Source of the DNA: a virus
Lineage: Duplodnaviria; Caudoviricetes
Virus record (IMG/VR): IMGVR_UViG_3300037311_000031
Coordinates: 1 to 25,744 of that record
DNA length: 25,744 nt
Reading direction: 5' to 3' (one strand)
The notes beneath the pieces were generated by a model that worked only from the letters and a program-made list of their open reading frames with translations, did not search any database and was not told where the DNA came from. The translations under genes were made by a program, and so were the position numbers. Positions 18,958-24,381 of the stretch are shown here, one piece after another (positions within the stretch are counted from its first letter, which is position 1; every line of letters starts with the position of its first letter).

Positions 18958-19422
18958 GTGCCGCACAGCAACACGACCGCCACCGACGCGCGCACCACCG
19001 CCGCCCGCACCCGGGAGGAAGCCGACGCCGCCGCCCGGGCCGCCGAGGCCGCCGACCGCAAGGCCGCCGCCCGGGCCGCCGCCCGGCCGGACGACGACCG
19101 GGCCGCCGAACGCGCCGACGAAGCCGCCGACGCCAACGGCGCCGCGCAGCAGGCAGCCGACGCCGCCCGCCGGGCCGCCGACGCGGCCGAGGAAGCCGCC
19201 ACCGCGACCAGCGCCGCCGCAGCCGCCGACGCGGCCCGCCGGGCCGCCGAGGCCACCGAGGAGGCCACCGAGGCCGCAGAAAACGCCGGCGCCCCGGGCG
19301 GCCTCTCGCTTTCCGCCCGGCTTTGCGCCCCGGCTTGGGCGGCTGCCGCTGCCGCCGCCCGGGCCGCCGTGGCCGCCGCCCGCGTGGCGGCCGTCCGGGG
19401 CGCCGGCTTCGGGGCTTTTTGA
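18958..19422 (+). CDS. Ala-rich early protein (154 aa), function unknown
   Basis: RBS AGGAGA and GTG start; MPHSNTTATDARTTAARTREEADAAARAAEAAD...; GCC/GAC/GAG codon usage in one frame; start region duplicated with the next gene. Confidence 0.7.
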   Translation: MPHSNTTATDARTTAARTREEADAAARAAEAADRKAAARAAARPDDDRAAERADEAADANGAAQQAADAARRAADAAEEAATATSAAAAADAARRAAEATEEATEAAENAGAPGGLSLSARLCAPAWAAAAAAARAAVAAARVAAVRGAGFGAF

Positions 19423-19456
19423 CGCAACGCAACAAACACCCACAGGAGACACGACA

Positions 19457-19672
19457 GTGCCGCACAGCAACAAAGCCGCCACCGCCGCCCTCGACTGGCT
19501 CGACCGCTTCGAAGAAGCGCTCGGGGAGGAGCTTTGCTCCGCAGCAGACCTCCTGCCGGCCGGGGCAACGGACGCCGACGCCGAAGCGCTCGAAACCGAA
19601 GCCGCCGCCGTCCTGCGCTCCGTGTACGACGCGCTGGAGCAGCACCGGCTGCGCCTCGCGAAGCTCGCGTAA
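19457..19672 (+). CDS. Small acidic early protein (71 aa), function unknown
   Basis: RBS AGGAGA and GTG start; MPHSNKAATAALDWLDRFEEALGEEL...; amphipathic helical pattern; followed by a hairpin. Confidence 0.78.
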   Translation: MPHSNKAATAALDWLDRFEEALGEELCSAADLLPAGATDADAEALETEAAAVLRSVYDALEQHRLRLAKLA

Positions 19673-19693
19673 CGACCGACCAGCGGCCAACAA

Positions 19694-19719
19694 CCCGGCC
19701 CGGCGCAAGCCCGGCCGGG
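19694..19719 (+). terminator. GC-rich hairpin with GCAA tetraloop, no U tract (terminator or 3' stabiliser)
   Basis: CCCGGCC-C-GGC-GCAA-GCC-C-GGCCGGG, 22 nt after a stop codon. Confidence 0.55.
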
Positions 19720-20272
19720 CGTCGCTGTGCGCGAACCCAAGAGAGGGGGCGTCCCCTTGCGCCGTCCTTCTCGTCCCCCGTCCTTCGGGACGCGAGGTCG
19801 CCGGGTCGTGTCGTCCGTACCTCCCCCGTCTCTCTCCCTCTCTCTTCTCTAGAGAAGGACGGGAAGGACGGGAGGGACGGCCCGGCGTCGGACCGGGGCC
19901 CGTGCCCGTCCTCTGGCTTGTCCTCGCGTCCTCCTCGTCCGGGGTTCGGCGCAGGCTTCGAGTACAGTAGACCGGGGGGACCTCCCCCCCTCCCCCCGGG
20001 GGGGTATTTTGCCGCAGCGCGGCACCGGACCGGGGGTCGGTCGGTGGTCCGGCGCCCCGGGGGGCCACGGGGACGGCCGGGGAGGCGCTCGGGGGGGAGG
20101 GTCGGTACCCCGGTAGGGACCCCCCTCTCCCGCGTCTCCCGTGGCCTCCCGTTAGTCGCAACGGCGGTCCGTCTCGGGTGCTGCGCCCTTTCTTGGGTTG
20201 TCCCGGACGGCCCGGACCTCCCCCCGGGGAAACCCGGCCCGGCGGCCCGGCGCCCCGGCCCGAAACCCACTA

Positions 20273-20351
20273 CCGTTCGTCGCCCGTCCACTACCGTTCG
20301 TCGGAGGCCGGTGCAAGGTACTTGACACCGCCCCCGGCCCCGTGGTCTACT
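20273..20351 (+). promoter_or_regulatory. Early promoter with upstream tandem CCGTTCGTCG boxes
   Basis: cTTGACA (20322-20327), 18-nt spacer ending CGTGG, TCTACT (20346-20351); boxes at 20273 and 20294. Confidence 0.75.
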
Positions 20352-20415
20352 TCGCTCTACGGCCGGCGAACACCGGCCAGAACCGAGAAACCAGAAACAC
20401 CAACGGAGAACGCAA

Positions 20416-20883
20416 ATGAGCAAGCGCAAGAACCAGACCGCCCCCGTCGCCGCCCCGGCCCCCGCGACCAAGCCGGCCCCGAAGGCCGAGGGCAAGACGA
20501 AGCCGGCCGCCCCGGCGCCGGGTGGGGCCAAGCCGGTCCGCCGGCAGGCCGAAACCCTCGCCCGGTACCGTGCCAACTACGTCGCCAGCGTCAGCGCGAC
20601 CGGGGCCAAGAGCCTGTCCTGCGGCGACGACGTCGCCTCCTTCCTCTCTGGGTTGGCGGTGCTCGACGTGGTCGCCCTCGCGGAGCGGGTGTGCGAGTTG
20701 CCCGCCGGCACGCTCCTGACCAAGTACGACCGGCTGAACACCGGGAGCAAGCGGATGAACGCCGGCAACCGTATCCGGGCCGCCGTCAAGGCCGGCGACA
20801 CCACCCTGCCCGAGTTGAAGAAGCTCGCTCGGGGCGCCGTGGCCGCCCGTACGGCCAAGGTCGAGGAGGCCACCGCAGCCTGA
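20416..20883 (+). CDS. Basic early protein with Lys/Ala/Pro-rich N-tail (paralogue 1)
   Basis: RBS GGAG, ATG, 155 aa; core clearly aligns with 23208-23654. Confidence 0.88.
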   Translation: MSKRKNQTAPVAAPAPATKPAPKAEGKTKPAAPAPGGAKPVRRQAETLARYRANYVASVSATGAKSLSCGDDVASFLSGLAVLDVVALAERVCELPAGTLLTKYDRLNTGSKRMNAGNRIRAAVKAGDTTLPELKKLARGAVAARTAKVEEATAA

Positions 20884-20895
20884 GACCGAAACCTA

Positions 20896-20913
20896 GGGGG
20901 GCGCAAGCCCCCC
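20896..20913 (+). terminator. Hairpin with GCAA tetraloop, no U tract
   Basis: GGGGGGC-GCAA-GCCCCCC, 13 nt after the stop. Confidence 0.55.
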
Positions 20914-20955
20914 GATGGTCCGCCGGTGTTTGCCGGCGCTGATGAGGTCAAGGTT

Positions 20956-21246
20956 ATGTTTCTCGTAAGCTACACCCACTCCGGGACCTGCGGTCCTTGG
21001 TACCACCCGGTCCCGCTGGCAACCCTCGAGGCCGCGCAGGAGGTCATCCGGCAGGTCATGAAGCGGCAGGAGCTGGTCGTTACGATCCCGTTGACCCGGT
21101 CAACCGTTGGCATGATCGATACGTCGTACAACATCGAGCCGACGGTCCGGGCTTGGTTCATGGTGGCGACCCGCTACAGCTATAACCCGGACGACTGCGC
21201 CCGCTACGATTTTCACGTCGTCGAAGTCCCGGGGGAGGGTGCCTGA
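20956..21246 (+). CDS. Hypothetical protein (96 aa)
   Basis: GAGGT before ATG 20956; stop overlaps the next ATG (TGATG). Confidence 0.7.
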   Translation: MFLVSYTHSGTCGPWYHPVPLATLEAAQEVIRQVMKRQELVVTIPLTRSTVGMIDTSYNIEPTVRAWFMVATRYSYNPDDCARYDFHVVEVPGEGA

Positions 21247-21404
21247 TGCGCGCCCTCCTGCTGGTCCTCTCTATTGGGTTGGGCGGCTGTGCCGCCCTGT
21301 CCCCAACCACCTGCCCTGACGGCAGCCAACCCACCAGCTGGTGCGGTTGCGACACGCCCATCATTCCGCCGTCGCCTGACGGCACCGACCCGGGAGATTG
21401 CTAA
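21246..21404 (+). CDS. Small Cys-rich lipoprotein (52 aa)
   Basis: Not in the ORF track. MRALLLVLSIGLGG-CAALSPTTCPDGSQPTSWCGCDTPIIPPSPDGTDPGDC has a signal peptide with lipobox LGGC and is coupled by TGATG and TAATG overlaps. Confidence 0.8.
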   Translation: MRALLLVLSIGLGGCAALSPTTCPDGSQPTSWCGCDTPIIPPSPDGTDPGDC

Positions 21405-21754
21405 TGATCACCAACGTCTGCACCCTGCTGCGTTCCATCGTCATTGTTGACGAGATGGGCGCAATCATCGACCACAGCACGGCCATGATCGGTGGTTTCC
21501 GATATGTTGGCTCCGCCAAGGCCAAGGCAACCGAGGACATGATCGGGCGTGGCCTCCGGCCCTTCTACATGGACCCGCAAGATTTCACCGGGTCGCTGGA
21601 GTGGTCGCCCACGATCGGCGTGCTCGACCAGTGGAACGCAACGGCAACCAAGGAGCACGTGCTCACGGAAAGCACCGGCCCCCGCCCCGTGCTCACGCAC
21701 GTCGTGTACACGATCAACCGGCTGGAGATCGAGGTCGTCATCCAGACGACGTAA
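21404..21754 (+). CDS. Hypothetical protein (116 aa)
   Basis: GGAG before ATG 21404, which overlaps the upstream TAA; ends just before the next promoter. Confidence 0.7.
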   Translation: MITNVCTLLRSIVIVDEMGAIIDHSTAMIGGFRYVGSAKAKATEDMIGRGLRPFYMDPQDFTGSLEWSPTIGVLDQWNATATKEHVLTESTGPRPVLTHVVYTINRLEIEVVIQTT

Positions 21755-21759
21755 CCCAC

Positions 21760-21789
21760 TTGACGGGCCGGGCGGAGTCGTGCTATACT
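21760..21789 (+). promoter_or_regulatory. Sigma70-type promoter
   Basis: cTTGACG, 18-nt spacer ending CGTGC, TATACT. Confidence 0.85.
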
Positions 21790-21824
21790 CCGCCCTGCCC
21801 CTCTCACACAACGGAGATTCGGTT

Positions 21825-22046
21825 ATGCCACTACGCAAGACCAGACCTGAGGACGAGTTCGCCCAAGAGCTTGAGGCGCTCGTCGACAAACACAGCATGC
21901 AGGGCGTCATCGCCATGCTTGGGGCCATCGCCCACGAAAAGGCCAGCCACATCGAGTGCAACTACTCCGACGCCAGACTGGCCGAGCAGTGGCGCCTCGT
22001 TTCACGCCTCCTGAACGCGCCGCTCCGGCAAGCGAGGGACCTGTGA
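21825..22046 (+). CDS. Hypothetical protein (73 aa)
   Basis: GGAG RBS, ATG 21825; MPLRKTRPEDEFAQELEALVDKHS... Confidence 0.78.
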   Translation: MPLRKTRPEDEFAQELEALVDKHSMQGVIAMLGAIAHEKASHIECNYSDARLAEQWRLVSRLLNAPLRQARDL

Positions 22047-22264
22047 AGACACCAATGGACCACCACTGGAAGCGCATCAACTTCCAGCTGGCAACCACCG
22101 TCGCAGCCGGTGACCGCAACGTGCGTGACCGGCGGGCGCAGATCCTCCTCGGCTACGTGTATGAGGCCATCAACGAAGCCGCCGCATGGACGTTTGCCAT
22201 CGGCCTCGTCCTCGGCGCCGCCGTGACTTTCATCGTTACTCACATCCCCAACCCCGGAGCTTAA
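22043..22264 (+). CDS. Hypothetical membrane protein (about 73 aa, one C-terminal TM helix)
   Basis: GTGA overlap with the previous stop; hydrophobic AAAWTFAIGLVLGAAVTFIV. Confidence 0.65.
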   Translation: MKTPMDHHWKRINFQLATTVAAGDRNVRDRRAQILLGYVYEAINEAAAWTFAIGLVLGAAVTFIVTHIPNPGA

Positions 22265-22265
22265 C

Positions 22266-23105
22266 ATGGCCAAGAAAAAGACCGGTCCCGACGTCGGGAC
22301 CACCCCCGCAGGATCGCTCGCCCCATTGGATGCCAACGAAGGCAAGTGGTGGGACGGCGTTCCGGCTGAGAGCCTGACCAAGCTGAACGATATCAGCGAC
22401 AACATCAACGAGATCGTGACCGATGCGGTCAACAGCGTGGCGCAGGCTAAGCTGAAAGTCGGGCGCCTCCTGCTGGAGGCACGGGCACTGATCACCGATG
22501 ACAACCAGTTCGGGCGCTGGCGGCAGGAAAAGACCGAGATCAAGTCCAAGCAGGAGGCGCACTACCTCATGCAGATCGCGGACAAGTTTAAGAACGCGCC
22601 CGCGCTCGTGAAGTCCGCACCCATCGGCGTCCTGCGCGAACTCGTCACCGCCCCGTGGGAGGTCGTCAAGGAACTGGAGGACAAGGCAGCCAAGGGCGCG
22701 CCCGCCCCGTCCGTGCGTGAGACACGGGCGACGGTGGCCGAAGCCAAGGGCAAGGCGAAGCCCGAGCCGGTGGTCATCGAGCACGTGGCCGAGATCCCGC
22801 CCAACCGCGTGCCCGTCCAGCCGCAGACCGGATTCCAGGCAACCATCAACTCCAGCTTTGCCAAGCGGTTGTCGATGGCCGAGAATTTCATCCTCAACGC
22901 CCGGATCGGGTACAAGACGGCGGTGCAGTGGTCCTACATCATCTTTGGGTTGGACCCCGATCCATCCTGCAGCCCGAACGAGGGTACGATCGACGCGCTG
23001 AAGATTTACTACGAGAACCTGACCTCGATCGACCGTGAAAAGGCGCTCGTGCAGAAGGCGTACGAGCACATCACCTACGACCGCGACCATTTCCAGGAGG
23101 GGTAA
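22266..23105 (+). CDS. DUF3102-like (ParB-type helical DNA-binding) protein
   Basis: 279 aa; KVGRLLLEARALITDDNQFGRWRQEKTEIKSKQEAHYLMQIADKF fits the DUF3102 pattern G-x-x-L-x-E-A-[RK]...F-x-x-W...S-x-x-x-A-x-x-x-M as I recall it. Confidence 0.65.
   Translation: MAKKKTGPDVGTTPAGSLAPLDANEGKWWDGVPAESLTKLNDISDNINEIVTDAVNSVAQAKLKVGRLLLEARALITDDNQFGRWRQEKTEIKSKQEAHYLMQIADKFKNAPALVKSAPIGVLRELVTAPWEVVKELEDKAAKGAPAPSVRETRATVAEAKGKAKPEPVVIEHVAEIPPNRVPVQPQTGFQATINSSFAKRLSMAENFILNARIGYKTAVQWSYIIFGLDPDPSCSPNEGTIDALKIYYENLTSIDREKALVQKAYEHITYDRDHFQEG
22281..22301. repeat. Copy 3 of dispersed 20-mer (18-bp palindrome at 22284-22301), at codons 6-12 of the DUF3102-like gene
   Basis: 22280-22301 is identical to 12685-12706. 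Confidence 0.95.
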
Positions 23106-23110
23106 CCTCC

Positions 23111-23140
23111 TTGACGGCCCTCCCTCCGGCGTGGTACCAT
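23111..23140 (+). promoter_or_regulatory. Sigma70-type promoter
   Basis: cTTGACG, 18-nt spacer ending CGTGG, TACCAT. Confidence 0.82.
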
Positions 23141-23207
23141 GTGTCCTACGTCGGGGGGAGGTACCCCCAACGCAACTAGTACCATTCCACCCTCAGGAGA
23201 TACGACC

Positions 23208-23654
23208 ATGACCAAGTCCGTTTCGAACAAGGCCGCCAAGGCCGCCCCCGCCCCGGCCAAGACCAAGGCCAAGGCCGCCCCCGCCACCCCGGGCAAGACG
23301 ACCATTCGCCCGGACGTCAGCCAGTACGTGAAGGGTCGCACCGCCAGCGGCAAGCGCTCCTTCAATAACGGTGATGCCGTCGCCTCGACCCTCAACGGTC
23401 TGGCGCTGGAGGACGTGTACACCATCGCTGAGAAGGTGACCGGCAAGGACGGGCTGGAGGCCAAGTACAGCGGCCTCAACCCGGGCCAGCAGCGGATGAC
23501 GCTCGGCAACCTGATCCGCGCCACCGTGCGGAAGCTGGAGGCCGAGAACGCCGGTACCGGCGAGCGGGCACTGGAGGTCGCGGCGAAGTCGTTCGTTGCG
23601 GCGCGAGACAAGGCGCTAGCCGCTGCCGAGAAGGCTAAGGCCAAGGCAGCCTAA
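23208..23654 (+). CDS. Basic protein with Lys/Ala/Pro-rich tails (paralogue 2)
   Basis: RBS AGGAGA, ATG 23208, 148 aa, strong codon bias; homologous to 20416-20883. Confidence 0.88.
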   Translation: MTKSVSNKAAKAAPAPAKTKAKAAPATPGKTTIRPDVSQYVKGRTASGKRSFNNGDAVASTLNGLALEDVYTIAEKVTGKDGLEAKYSGLNPGQQRMTLGNLIRATVRKLEAENAGTGERALEVAAKSFVAARDKALAAAEKAKAKAA

Positions 23655-23657
23655 AGA

Positions 23658-23857
23658 GATCCCGCCCCGGCGACGGCTGGGAATCGTAACGGATTGGTCT
23701 ACCGTTGCGTAGGGCAAACGACCGAGGCGACCAGCTAGAGCCGGGTAGGCGAAGAGTGGATAAGTTGGGCAGCTTTGCAGAGCGGCCCATATAAACCACA
23801 GCCCACGCTGCAAGGTGGGAACAGGATCATATTAAAGCCTGCTGGTCGTTTTCTTTT
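23658..23857 (+). ncRNA. Candidate structured non-coding RNA
   Basis: About 200-nt gap with several nested stems, including GCGACCAGC/GCTGGTCGT closing a 120-nt domain, GNRA-capped hairpins and a 3' U tract. Confidence 0.5.
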
Positions 23858-23881
23858 CGTCATTTAATCGAGGTTATACAC

Positions 23882-24277
23882 ATGAAACAGCTGATGAAGG
23901 GCCAGATCACCGCCGAGATCGAGGCCGCTATCCTCAACAACGTGGAGCCGGTCCTCGGCTTCATCTCTGCCAACGTCGAAGGCAACAATACCCCCGACTG
24001 CACGTGCCCCCACTGCAAGATCCGCAATAACGTAATCGACTTCAACAAGAACGCCCTGCCCTCGGTCATAAAGGCGCTGGCCGAGTGGTCCCGGTCCATG
24101 AACCAGCAGACCTTCGACACCCTGACCGAGGACCAGAGACTCGCGTTCTGGAAGCTGCACGCCTCCATTGGCGTCGTCGGTGTCATGGCCCGGGTGCTGA
24201 ACAACGAGGCCGAGCATCTGCTTGATCTCAGCAACAAGATCAAGGAGTCGGGCAACCTCGCTCCGGGGAACGCGTGA
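23882..24277 (+). CDS. Hypothetical protein with CxCxxC motif (131 aa)
   Basis: GAGGT RBS, ATG; DCTCPHC; coupled to the next ORF. Confidence 0.8.
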   Translation: MKQLMKGQITAEIEAAILNNVEPVLGFISANVEGNNTPDCTCPHCKIRNNVIDFNKNALPSVIKALAEWSRSMNQQTFDTLTEDQRLAFWKLHASIGVVGVMARVLNNEAEHLLDLSNKIKESGNLAPGNA

Positions 24278-24381
24278 TGAAATCCAAGAAAGAGAAGCAG
24301 ACGACTGCGATGAAGCAGGTAAACAACCGCATCAAGCTCTGGACCCGGGACCGGCTGGTGGCCAAGGGCATCACCGCATGA
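24277..24381 (+). CDS. Small basic peptide (34 aa)
   Basis: MKSKKEKQTTAMKQVNNRIKLWTRDRLVAKGITA fills the gap exactly, with TGATG and ATGA overlaps. Confidence 0.6.
   Translation: MKSKKEKQTTAMKQVNNRIKLWTRDRLVAKGITA

Larger units (their letters stand above)
18614..19490. other. A/T strand-segregated tract (alternating A-free and T-free blocks)
   Basis: On the + strand: no A at 18614-18938, no T at 18960-19303, no A at 19284-19421, and no T at 19421-19490 apart from the GTG start. Confidence 0.97.

Noticed and set aside
18614-19303. A-free block and following T-free block as the arms of one long inverted repeat
   Set aside because: The reverse complement of the first block matches the second only in composition; I found no extended sequence match.
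18456-20576. Long overlapping ORFs (706, 550, 459, 403, 321 and 263 aa) on both strands of the GC-rich region
   Set aside because: Every stop codon needs both T and A, so A/T-segregated, GC-rich DNA is open in all frames. The products are R/P/G-rich with no RBS. Only the RBS-supported frames from 18958, 19457 and 20416 were kept.
4084-22301. Dispersed palindrome as CRISPR repeats, IS ends or att sites
   Set aside because: Copies are kilobases apart, with no spacers, cas genes, transposase, integrase or target duplications in the window.
23658-23857. tRNA gene in the intergenic gap
   Set aside because: No T-loop GTTCRA motif, cloverleaf or acceptor stem.
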